A stretch of DNA of 64,000 nt from Entomortierella parvispora E1425 (lineage: Eukaryota > Fungi > Mortierellomycota), in NCBI GenBank assembly GCA_020891255.1, contig BQFW01000012.1:372001-436000 (forward strand). The letters run 5' to 3'. Made by a program: the position numbers and the translations under genes. The notes below the pieces were generated by a model, which saw only the letters and a program-made list of their open reading frames with translations, was not told where the DNA came from and made no database searches. Shown here piece after piece: positions 30,782 to 40,481 of the stretch. Position 1 is the stretch's first letter. Each line of letters starts with the position of its first letter.

Positions 30782-31408
30782 TTAATCGCTGTTTGCGATC
30801 CAACTGAACAGCTTGATCATCAAGACGACCGGTAAGGTGATTGTGACCATCGTCAACGAGAAAATAATTCCATTTCTCAACTCTAACCAGACTGGTGTCA
30901 TCCAACCCACCTGCGACTGATTGGTGGATGTGACAACATCCAGGATTCTGTCTGGATGGGAAAGGATCTTTCGAGGCACCAGTCTAACAATGAATGGTTT
31001 TGTTGTTGTTGTTGATGATGGGGGGATTAGTCAGGATTGTTTGTTAATAACACTGGTGCAAAGTAAGAAGAGAGGAAAAAAAACGTACTCTATGTAGTTT
31101 TCACCAACCATGAATGGGACCAGAGTACCATCTTGAGAATCCACGGCGTAACAAGCATCCTTGATCACGGTTTGTACATCACTCCAGAGGACAAAGTACT
31201 GCTTCGTCAATGGATCCAAACATCTGGTCCGGATCTTATATGTGGTTCCAGGGTTGTTTCGGCTCGTAGCGGAGTATGAGGGGTGACCAACGTTAACAAT
31301 AGAGTGTCTTTCGGTGGGAGGAGGAGGAGAGGGAGGAGGAGGAGAGGAAGGATTGGAAGTGGGTCGAGGTGACAGACGAACTATTTGGACAGGTTCGCGT
31401 TCTGTCAT
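30782..31408 (-). CDS. Small hypothetical protein: Pro-rich N-terminus, compact globular domain and C-terminal hydrophobic helix; 2 exons
   Basis: Exons 31408-31089 and 30983-30782 (GTACGT...TTAG) splice in frame to IRTRCLDPLTKQYFVLWSDVQ...VPFMVGENYIELVPRKILSHPDRILDVV, then GIIFSLTMVTITLPVVLMIKLFSWI. From memory this resembles a recurrent Mortierellaceae N-terminal domain (unverified). Confidence 0.75.
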
Positions 31409-32397
31409 TGTTTTGAGTGGGAAATGAGGGATGGAAGGTGGGTTTTGTTTTCTAAAAAAAAAAAAAAAAAAAAGGAGAGATAAGCCAGGCAGTTATAAGA
31501 TGGCGTCTGATGCTCTTCTTGCCTGTGTCGCCCTTCTCACGCCAAGGCGCCCTTCGCCCATTATTTCATGTCGTCTCTTCAAGAGTAAACACAGCAAGTG
31601 TTTTGGTCAAGAGCTACATCACCAACACAAAGGCAGGGCAAACGGAACACTTGACTTGCTGAGTCGCCGGACGCGTGTTTTGCAGTCATGCAACTAGCGC
31701 TTGGGGCATGGGAGCAACAGCCCATTTTTAAGTTGAGTCTTTGGGGCAAGGGAAAAGAATGCTGACTTGCAGTCTTCGCTCTTTGACTTCGATGTTTTCT
31801 GTGCAACGCAACATGTCAAAAGTGCGAGTGTGCACGCCACCAAAATCGAAGAATGATTTCACGTGACGTGAACCCAACGCGCGCCCTGGTCCTTAAGGGT
31901 GTGGCCTCTGTAGTTTCGACCATCCTCGCGCGCCGGCGCAGCCTCGGGGAGATAGATGGCAAAGCGACGAGATGGCGAAGCACGGCGCGGCACATGCACC
32001 GGTCGGTCTTGTGTTCATGGTCTCTGTTTCCATGTTTCTTTCTTCTTTTCATCATCTTCATCATTCCCCTATGCCAACTTGCCCTTGTCCCTTCATCTCA
32101 TACCCTTCTAATTGAACCAAATTCACCTCTTGCAACAAAGGTACAGAGTCAACGTTGGCTGTCCACTTACTCAGCCTGCTAGCTTCAACGACCATGCTAA
32201 CTTTTATCATATTGAATGACCCTGCATCCGCTAGCTTGCTCTCCCAAACAGACTTGATCCAGAACTACTCCTCCTTATCACTCCGTTGTCCACTCGGTAG
32301 GTCAGTGCTTCGTGCATCGTGGTGAAAGGGGAGCGGCTTTTGGAAAGGGTATCGACCACTCATAGCGTGTACCTTCCTCTCCTTGCAGAACTTTACA

Positions 32398-35300
32398 ATG
32401 GCGCCAACTCTCTGCCCCAATCCAAATCCCAATCCTAATCCTCGTAGCCAGAAGTTTTGGCGCATGTTGAAATCCAGCAAGAAGCCATCCCGTTCTCAGT
32501 CGCCTCCTCAAGCTCCCCAGAACGTAACCCGGGTCCCACCTACCCCAACATCAATACCCTCGGGTATATTTCCTAAGAACGATGTCAACAGGGTGGAGAT
32601 CGACGTGACACTGCCAAAGGATGGCGAGAACATCGAGAGTACTCTCCAGCTTGTCTCCTGTGCCACCCTTCTTGCCAGAGCAAGCACATCAAGTACACCC
32701 CCCGTCCCGGCGCCTTCACTCAACCCAAACCAACACGACTGGATAGAAAAAATGAAAAATCAACCTCTTGAGGAGCAACATATCTATCAGTTGGCGCGCC
32801 AAATGGTTGGTCAGTTTCAACCTCTCTCTACCAAGGATACGACTATTCGAGAGGCTGCTATCTTGGGACCGGCGTTGGACAAATTACACTACCGCGCCCT
32901 ACTCAATTGTTTCCTGAAAGAGTTCAGAAGCAACACGCTCCTCAGTATTGACCTTCTTCGGGGATTGGTTCAACTGGTCTTGGATGCTCCAGATTATTAC
33001 CTGCGAGGGGAGGATCTTATTCTGGTCCTCGGTACGATTCGAGAACGTCTGGAAAAGTCTTCTGAAAAGGACAAACTGTACTCGACTCACCTATCAGTCG
33101 CGGTCTGCAAGGTGTTGATATTCATGGCCTCATGCGAAGTGAAGGAGCTGGAACGCAAGGAGGAATATGAACCGCTGCTCAAGGTTCTTGGAAAACTGAG
33201 GACAGACAAGGAAGATCCGTTTGTCAGGTTCTACGGAGAATACGCCTTCCAAGCATTACTCTGTTTCTCAGACGGCGAGGGTAGACTGGCGAAGCTGGGT
33301 CGACATACCTACATCATGGTAGGCGGTGCCCTCAAGATCTCAGGCGCCTACAAGTTGGACCTAGACGGAATCGCAGAAGGAACTCCTGCGGCGGCCAGAG
33401 GATTCGCTGGACTTGTGCAGGCTCTGAGAGAAATGGCCGGAGTAAAAGACGAAAGCCCCTGGTACAGTACCACGCAATTCTCGGCAGAACTTATCAAAAG
33501 CGGTCGGCTGAAGGAATTCAACGAGTTGATCAACAAAAGTCCATGTCGCAGAGATGCCATGTTTCTGTGGGCGACATGTCAATTGCTCGGTGAGATGGCG
33601 TTAGACCCAATCTGGGACGTGGATACCCGAAAGCAGACAGTCAAGTTCCTTGGGGAGATGTTTAAAGCCAATGCAGGACAGACGCAAAAGCGACAAGACA
33701 TCAGGAGATGGATTTTAACCATCCTCGATCATATCTCTAAGGACCCTGGTTCCCGCTCGACCCTGGCTAGGTCCCTGGCAACCCATCAGAACATCATCAA
33801 ACAAGAAGCATTCACATTGGCTAGGGATCTGGAGAAGGATGGCACCAAGCCAATCGACTATCCGTATACACTCAGCAAGCGTCTACCGCTACCCGACGAA
33901 TCCTTGCTACTGAAGAAGGTCGATAGCAAGCCCGGCATTGAACTTCTCCTACAGAGATTCGGGATTGAAAGGCAGGGTGAGCTCAATACCGAATCTATAT
34001 TCATTCCACCTTACTCAAGACCAAGTCTACATGCGACAGGAGACACAACAGTCCTTTTGCAAGATCAAACAAATTTATTTTTGAGCAGCAACAAGAGTGA
34101 GGTGTTTCTGATCCTCGGTGACTCTGGCGCCGGCAAGTCCACTTTTAGTTTGAATCTGGAATACCGACTCTGGAAAGACTACAAGCCTGGCGACCCGATC
34201 CCGCTCCTCATCGATCTCAAGACTATCGACAAGCCAGACAATGACCTGATTGGGCAACATCTTAAGAACCTGCATCTTTTCTCAAAGGACCAAACCGAAG
34301 AACTGCGACTTTCTCGGGAGTTTATCCTGATCTGCGATGGCTACGATGAATGTCGTAAATGGCCCAACTTGCATGCCAACAATCGCCTCAACAAAGAACG
34401 CCAATGGAAAGGGAAAATGATTATCTGCTGTCGAAGTCAGTACCTTGGTGCCAACTATCGTCACTATTTTGAGCCTCAGGAAGGAAATGTCGACAACCAA
34501 AGCTTCTCAGACATGTCGGACCTACTTGAGGAAGCCGTCATTGTTCCCTTTAAAGCAGACCAGATCATGGAGTATGTTGGCCTGTATATCAATACCCAGG
34601 AGGCGCGAGCCTTGTTTTACCCGAACCCAGTTTGGACAATGGACAAGTACAGGGAGAGACTTGACAAGATCACCAATCTAATGGATCTGGCCCAGAATCC
34701 CTTCCTGCTCAGGATCGTGCTGGACACCTTGCCAAGGATCGCTTCCGAAACCACCAGGGTCACACGCGCAGAGCTCTACGACCACTTCGTAGAGCTCAAC
34801 TTCGAAACAGAAGTGCGCAAGCTGATTCTCCAGCATTCCAGCGACAAAATGGACGATGTTTGCGTCTCTAAATTCCAAGAGATGGAGGGGGATGATTTCA
34901 TTTTCCTTGGACTCGATTTTTCAAAACGACTCTCTGCATCGATTTTCAAGGAGCTAGGAGGAGTGAACTCTGTTGACTATTCCGTGAAAGACGAAGGGAG
35001 CTGGAAGGCAGACTTCTTTAGTCTTAAAGATGACCGCACAAAACTCCTGAGAGAGTCGGCGCAACTCGTCCGCCGTGAGAATCTGAAGGAAAACGGAAAA
35101 CTGATGCGGCACATATTCCGCTCAACCCGCAAACCAAATTCATACGAGTTTATCCATCGATCCGTCCTGGAATATTTTTTCTCGTGTGTTATCTTCGAAC
35201 CTCGAGTCGATATTTCTGACCAGACACTCGCCGCCTGTCTTGCCGGTTCGGACAGCTCTTCTTCCCTTGCCAATCACCCATTGGGTCAAAAGAGTCTTGT

Positions 35301-37617
35301 AGATGAGCCATCCATCATCCACTTTTTGGCTGAGCGAGCAAATCAACGCGTGGAATTCAGAGATCAACTCCTGGAGATTGTCAAACTGTCCAAAAGCAAC
35401 CCCCAAGTAGAAATCGCCGCCGCGAACGCAATCACGATTTTGGCCCGAGCGGAAGTGAATTTCAATGGTATGGATCTCGCAGGAATTCAGATCACTGGAG
35501 CCGACTTGACTGGAGCACAGTTTGACTCGGCCAAGCTGCAAAACTCCAATTTGAGTCAAGTCAATTTCACGAGGGGATGGCTCAGGCAGGCTGATTTCAG
35601 CGGTGCTAATATGTCTGGGATCACCTTTGGCCAGAAACCGTTTTTCGAAATTGCCGGCGCCAGGACCTGTGCAGGATCATCCAGTGGCACCATGTTGGCC
35701 TTGGGTTTCGAAAAAGATATCGTCATTTACAACTCTGGCACATGGGACATCCTTCGCACCCTTCGAGGACACCGCAAAGAAATCCTCAGTCTTGCTTTTT
35801 CTCACGACGACCGGACTTTGGCTTCAGGAAGTGCAGACAATACTGTCCGGATTTGGGATCTGCATGGGGAACCAAATGCATGCTTTGTGATAGAAGAACA
35901 TACGGGACGCGTGAACTGTGTCGCATATTCATCAGATGGCTCCTGGATCGCCTCTGGAAGCGAGGACAAGTCGGTACGGATTGTAAACACAACCACTGGG
36001 TCGACATCTTCAGTTCTGGATGGTCATACAAACGGGATCCAGAGCATTGCCTGGTCACCAGATGGCAAGAATATTGCGACAGGCAGTGGCGATAAAGTCC
36101 GAACGTGGAATGCCACAACAGGAGGCCTCCACCTTGCTCTCGTGGGCAATCTTCAGAGTACCTCCAGTGTCGCATTCTCGCCCGATGGCCAGTTGCTAGC
36201 GGCGGGTTCTAAGGATGATATTCATGTATGGAATCTGAAATCTGGAGCTGACGCGATGATTTTGAAAGGGCACACAAACCTCATCACCAGCGTGGCTTTT
36301 TCTCGGGATGGCCGATGGATTGTATCATCTAGTGAGGATAAATCTGTGCGTCTCTGGGAGCGACAGTCCGGAACACTCATCTGCAACTGGAGGGGTCATA
36401 AGGAGGCTGTACATAAGGCCGTCTTTTTGAGTGATCGAACGGTCGCCTCGTGTGCCCGAGATCAAAGTATCCGACTCTGGGACTTTAGCGACAACCAGAT
36501 TCGCAAAAAGGATATGACCAACGGTCTAGAGCTTGAACGGCATTGTGGCGGTGTCAATACTGTCACTTATTCATCGAAAGGCGAATGGATCCTTAGTGGC
36601 AGTACGGACAAATCTGTGCGAGAGTGGAACGCAGAAACAGGTGTACCGAAGGTGCTTGTCGAGCACGTCGATACGATTACAGCCGCTGCCTACTCCATTG
36701 ATGATGACCAAGTGGCCGTAACAGTTGAAAGTGGAGAACTACTCCTCTACAAGAAACAAGATGATTCAGAGAAACGTACACTTGCGGGTCCGTCACGGAT
36801 GGGTCGTTGTGTGGCCTTCTCGTCCTGTCGTCGTTGGATGGCTATAGGAACTATTGATGGGCGAGTGCGACTATGGGACATGGTGATCGATGCGGAATAC
36901 GGCCTGCGAGATCATCATACAGGTCCCATTCATAATATGGTCTTTGCACCGAATGGTCGCCAGCTCGCTACTTGCAGCGAAGAAGACACCATCCGCCTCT
37001 GGAACACTGACAGAAACAATTCTGGCCCTGTATTGGAGGAGGTCCTCTCTCACTCAGCAACCTCCATAGCATACTCGCTTATTGGTGACACTCTTGCCTT
37101 TGGAACCAAAAATGGGACTGTTTGCCTTTGGGATGTTGTGCACAAGGACATCATGGAGATGGAACTGAAGAGACGTTCTGGCTCTGTGGTCAGCGTCGCA
37201 TGGTCGCCCTGTGGCAATTGGTTCAGCACCATCTCTCAGAACTTTACTCTTCAACTATGGAAGAAACAAGGCCCGGACGACTTCCATCGTGCATTACTCC
37301 TCAAGAACTTTGTTGTCGATTTGACCAGCTTGGCCTGGAGTCCAGACGAATCCAAGCTGGAATTTGTGACCGGAAGTCAAGATCACTCTGTTTGTGTGTG
37401 GAAGGTCGTGCCAGAGGGAAAGAAGGCTCGGGTTCAGCTGGTCTGGGGATCATCGTTGAACCGGTTGGTATCTACAGGAGCGGATATCTCGCACGCGATT
37501 GACCTTGACGTCAATGCAAGGAAACTTTTGCGACAGCTTGAGGCCGAGGATAGAACAGCCAAGCACGACACAAAAGTAGAGTCGCTGATGAACTCACTCC
37601 ATAAATTTCGGATGTAG
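32398..37617 (+). CDS. NLR-like STAND protein: N-terminal helical domain + NACHT + pentapeptide repeats + WD40 repeats (copy 2)
   Basis: Walker A GDSGAGKS, Walker B FILICDGYDE, pentapeptide stretch (GMDLAGIQITGADLTGAQFDSAKLQNSNL), many GH...WD repeats. Colinear paralog of 8319-13751. First ATG at 32398 (MAPTL). Confidence 0.92.
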   Translation: MAPTLCPNPNPNPNPRSQKFWRMLKSSKKPSRSQSPPQAPQNVTRVPPTPTSIPSGIFPKNDVNRVEIDVTLPKDGENIESTLQLVSCATLLARASTSSTPPVPAPSLNPNQHDWIEKMKNQPLEEQHIYQLARQMVGQFQPLSTKDTTIREAAILGPALDKLHYRALLNCFLKEFRSNTLLSIDLLRGLVQLVLDAPDYYLRGEDLILVLGTIRERLEKSSEKDKLYSTHLSVAVCKVLIFMASCEVKELERKEEYEPLLKVLGKLRTDKEDPFVRFYGEYAFQALLCFSDGEGRLAKLGRHTYIMVGGALKISGAYKLDLDGIAEGTPAAARGFAGLVQALREMAGVKDESPWYSTTQFSAELIKSGRLKEFNELINKSPCRRDAMFLWATCQLLGEMALDPIWDVDTRKQTVKFLGEMFKANAGQTQKRQDIRRWILTILDHISKDPGSRSTLARSLATHQNIIKQEAFTLARDLEKDGTKPIDYPYTLSKRLPLPDESLLLKKVDSKPGIELLLQRFGIERQGELNTESIFIPPYSRPSLHATGDTTVLLQDQTNLFLSSNKSEVFLILGDSGAGKSTFSLNLEYRLWKDYKPGDPIPLLIDLKTIDKPDNDLIGQHLKNLHLFSKDQTEELRLSREFILICDGYDECRKWPNLHANNRLNKERQWKGKMIICCRSQYLGANYRHYFEPQEGNVDNQSFSDMSDLLEEAVIVPFKADQIMEYVGLYINTQEARALFYPNPVWTMDKYRERLDKITNLMDLAQNPFLLRIVLDTLPRIASETTRVTRAELYDHFVELNFETEVRKLILQHSSDKMDDVCVSKFQEMEGDDFIFLGLDFSKRLSASIFKELGGVNSVDYSVKDEGSWKADFFSLKDDRTKLLRESAQLVRRENLKENGKLMRHIFRSTRKPNSYEFIHRSVLEYFFSCVIFEPRVDISDQTLAACLAGSDSSSSLANHPLGQKSLVDEPSIIHFLAERANQRVEFRDQLLEIVKLSKSNPQVEIAAANAITILARAEVNFNGMDLAGIQITGADLTGAQFDSAKLQNSNLSQVNFTRGWLRQADFSGANMSGITFGQKPFFEIAGARTCAGSSSGTMLALGFEKDIVIYNSGTWDILRTLRGHRKEILSLAFSHDDRTLASGSADNTVRIWDLHGEPNACFVIEEHTGRVNCVAYSSDGSWIASGSEDKSVRIVNTTTGSTSSVLDGHTNGIQSIAWSPDGKNIATGSGDKVRTWNATTGGLHLALVGNLQSTSSVAFSPDGQLLAAGSKDDIHVWNLKSGADAMILKGHTNLITSVAFSRDGRWIVSSSEDKSVRLWERQSGTLICNWRGHKEAVHKAVFLSDRTVASCARDQSIRLWDFSDNQIRKKDMTNGLELERHCGGVNTVTYSSKGEWILSGSTDKSVREWNAETGVPKVLVEHVDTITAAAYSIDDDQVAVTVESGELLLYKKQDDSEKRTLAGPSRMGRCVAFSSCRRWMAIGTIDGRVRLWDMVIDAEYGLRDHHTGPIHNMVFAPNGRQLATCSEEDTIRLWNTDRNNSGPVLEEVLSHSATSIAYSLIGDTLAFGTKNGTVCLWDVVHKDIMEMELKRRSGSVVSVAWSPCGNWFSTISQNFTLQLWKKQGPDDFHRALLLKNFVVDLTSLAWSPDESKLEFVTGSQDHSVCVWKVVPEGKKARVQLVWGSSLNRLVSTGADISHAIDLDVNARKLLRQLEAEDRTAKHDTKVESLMNSLHKFRM

Positions 37618-38202
37618 ACAAGACCATATTACGAGGAAAGCTCCCATGTTATAATAAAATATACCTGTCGGACCCTCTGTGGTGAGCTGAGCTTCTATCG
37701 ACGACGTGGAATGGGAGAGACACTGCCATCGTATGGCCCTTATTATTTGACCTTATCTGAACGATGGAGCTCCTTGCCGCAATTTCATCAGGGTCCCACT
37801 TTTCTGTGAGACAAACCCACGATTTGCATTTACGAAGGTGAGGTTTGATGATCTGGAAAATAGAAAAGTAACGCGGGCAGGGAGAATAGCAGCCTGGAGT
37901 AAGCGAAATGGCATGGAGAATACAGGCAATTGTTTCTCTCACGGGATGGAGTGCAGCCAGCAGGTCCATTTCCAATGGAAAACTGGGCGTGAGACTGAAC
38001 TCAGAAGAAATATGTCACATCCCGTCAAATCGTAGTCCAAAATAAAGAAAGGTCCTGAAGACACCAAGGGGCGATTGCTCAAAACTTGACATTTATTGGT
38101 ACATGCTGGGGGAGGGAGGTGCGGATGGTCGCTTTAAGATAAGATGTGATTTGTGGGAAAATGCAATATGGTATTAAGTACAAATGGGATTCCTCCTCTT
38201 TT

Positions 38203-39413
38203 TTAGTTCTTACGAAGACGAGCAGCCAAGCCGTCAACTGAGATGGCGTTGGCATCAGACATCTCCTGGGGCTTCTTGATAGCCTTGGCGGGTGCCTTCT
38301 GGACAGTGGGAGGGTTAGCAGCTGCGTACGATGACTTGGCCTCCTTGGCAGGGGCAATATGCTTCTCGTGCACCTTGCGCTAGAAAGAGAAAAAGAGGTG
38401 TCGAGTGAGTCCAGAGGATCGGTTTTTCCTTGGAGAATCCAAAAATCGCATCTTTCATGTTGATAGTGTGTCCTTACGCGTTCCTCGTTCAATGCATCGT
38501 TCTTCTGAGCAATCTTCTGTTTCCTGGCAGCGCTCTTGTTTCCTCCGCCTCCTGCAGTCAACTCCACATTGATAGGTCTCTCCTTGATCAAGGTCTTGTT
38601 GAAATAAAGTGCTTTCTAGAAACCGCGATCAAGATGAGAACGGAATGCACGTTAGTATTGAGTTTCCTTTGAAAAAGCCCATGAAAATGACCGAGGGTGC
38701 TGTACCTGCATAGCCTCAACCTCGGGGAACTCCATGAACGCGAATCCCTTGCCCTTTCCAGTAACTTTGTCAGTCTGGACGCGAATAGAAGAGATCTTGC
38801 CTATAGAAAGAAATATATGACCTATTAGACTCTGCTCTCATGTAATCCTCAGTAAGGATTCGTAGCAGGAATTTGTTAGGAGTTCATACCGCAGCTTTCG
38901 AAATGCTTCTCCAATTGCTCCTTGGTGATGTTGAAAGGCAAGTTTCCTATAGTGAAGAAAAGAATGCAAAAACCAAAGATGAGAAAACAAACTTTCGCGT
39001 CGGACCCGAGTATCAAGGTGTCGCAAGCTGCCCCACACACTACAAAAAGTCCAGCGTAACGTACCGACAAAGACGATAAACTTGCTGTTCTTGGGCGCAG
39101 CCTTGGGGGCCTCGCCCTCCTTGGCAGCCTCACCCTCCTTGGCCTCGCCGTCCTTGGGCTCCTCCTTGCTGCCCTTGCCTCTTCTACGCTTCTTCTTTCC
39201 GTCTGCTTCTGTGGTCTCGGCCTTGACCTCTCCTGTTGCAGACTCTGCCTTTGTCTTCTTTGTGACCTTTGCTGCCTTGGCCTCCTCGCTGTCCTTGGCG
39301 CTGTTCTCGGCCGTGTCCTCCTCGGGCACGTCGGGAATGCTGTCGTCGAGCTTTCTCTTTTTCGTTCTGAACTCGGACGACTTCTTTTGCTTCTTGGTGA
39401 GCTTCTCGGACAT
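38203..39413 (-). CDS. NOP6: Nucleolar RRM protein, Nop6-like; 5 exons
   Basis: K/E-rich N-terminus; spliced RRM with RNP2 (FVGNLPF) and RNP1 (KGKGFAFMEF), followed by the Nop6-type INVELTAGGGG motif. GT-AG introns traced; stop at 38203. Confidence 0.78.
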
Positions 39414-39809
39414 GATGGATGATGGAAGGGAGATGTGGATGGGGGAGTGATGGGATGGGAAGGAGATTGGGGGTTGACGACAAGAATTGAGATGAATGCG
39501 TGTCTGTCTTTGGGTCGGTGAATGCAATGTATGCCCTCGTTTTTTTTTTTTTTTTTTTTTTTTTTTGTTGTTGGTAGGACTGCGAAATTAATTTCAAAGG
39601 GCAGTCCGATTTGCCACCAATTTTGGGGCACGCGCTCAAAATGATCGGCCCAAAGCAGATCAGGCAAAAAGTGGGCGACTCGGGTGTTTGAGCCAACAAC
39701 ACCCATTGTCGACGACGAGTCGAGGAGGACCGTGAGAATGAGGGTGGGGCTCATCGTTCACCTTTGCGGCGGGTACAGTTCTTTTTATATCGAATGATGC
39801 CGGCGCCAT

Positions 39810-40043
39810 AGTATACTCGTCAAGGTGTATACTTTATTGTCTTTGCAGAGTCCAGCCCCTCTGTCTATTCTGTGTTGAACACAGAGGGGCTGCGGAAGAA
39901 ATCCGGAGAGGTGGTATGCCCGACCATTCAACTGTGTGGCCATGTGAACCATGTGGCACCACAGTAAAGTCGAATTGACCTCCTCGGCAAAGTAGGTGGC
40001 AATCTCGTCATTAGCAATATGAATAGTCAATTAGAGCACAGTC
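39810..40043 (+). ncRNA. Candidate structured ncRNA (H/ACA snoRNA-like)
   Basis: A 12-bp perfect hairpin (39853-39892). An 85-nt hairpin (39903-39987) with an internal pocket, followed by ANANNA (AAAGTA, 39989-39994). ACA at 40038-40040 and a TATA-like TTTTATAT at 39783. The 3' hairpin is weak and no target was identified. Confidence 0.35.
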
Positions 40044-40481
40044 TCTCGCTCTGTCTCTCTTTGCCCTTAGTTGTGGGTGTCTGTGTGTTTGTATGTTTTT
40101 GTGTTTGTGTGTGCCATGGGCACGAAACAATAAGATCTTCCCTCATCTCGGTTTCATTTTGCCGTCTGTGCAACATCGTTTCGTTCATTTCCATGTTTTT
40201 CATCAACCGTTTTTGCACTCCGCGCCACAAGTGCACTGCAATGCAACCATGCCACCTTGAATGCCACGCGCCTGCTTTTCCGTTTGCCTGGAGGGCCACA
40301 GCCAGAGAAAGACCTCTTTTGTTTCCTCTGTACCTTTGCACTGACACTCATTCATGTTTCCTGCTGCCTCTTTCACTCTTTTCTTTCACTCTCTTCCTTT
40401 TGATTCTTTTCGCCATTCATCTTTTGACATCAGCTCCGCACGTTACGCTCTTTCAGTATTTGCTATCCTCTTTGAAGTCCA

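Noticed and set aside
39746-39753. GGGGCTCA resembling RNase MRP CR-V; overlapping CTCATCG resembling a PAC element
   Set aside because: No matching CR-I (GAAAGTCCCC) upstream; the short PAC-like match cannot be supported on its own.
39577-39755. Several short hairpins upstream of NOP6 (GGACTGC/GCAGTCC, GGGTGTT/AACACCC)
   Set aside because: Stems of 5-7 bp are within chance expectation and lie in probable promoter sequence.
39984-40004. Minus-strand ATTGCCACCTACTTTGC similar to U6atac/U12 3' stem-loop sequences
   Set aside because: The flanking stem does not close and no other U12/U6atac elements are present.
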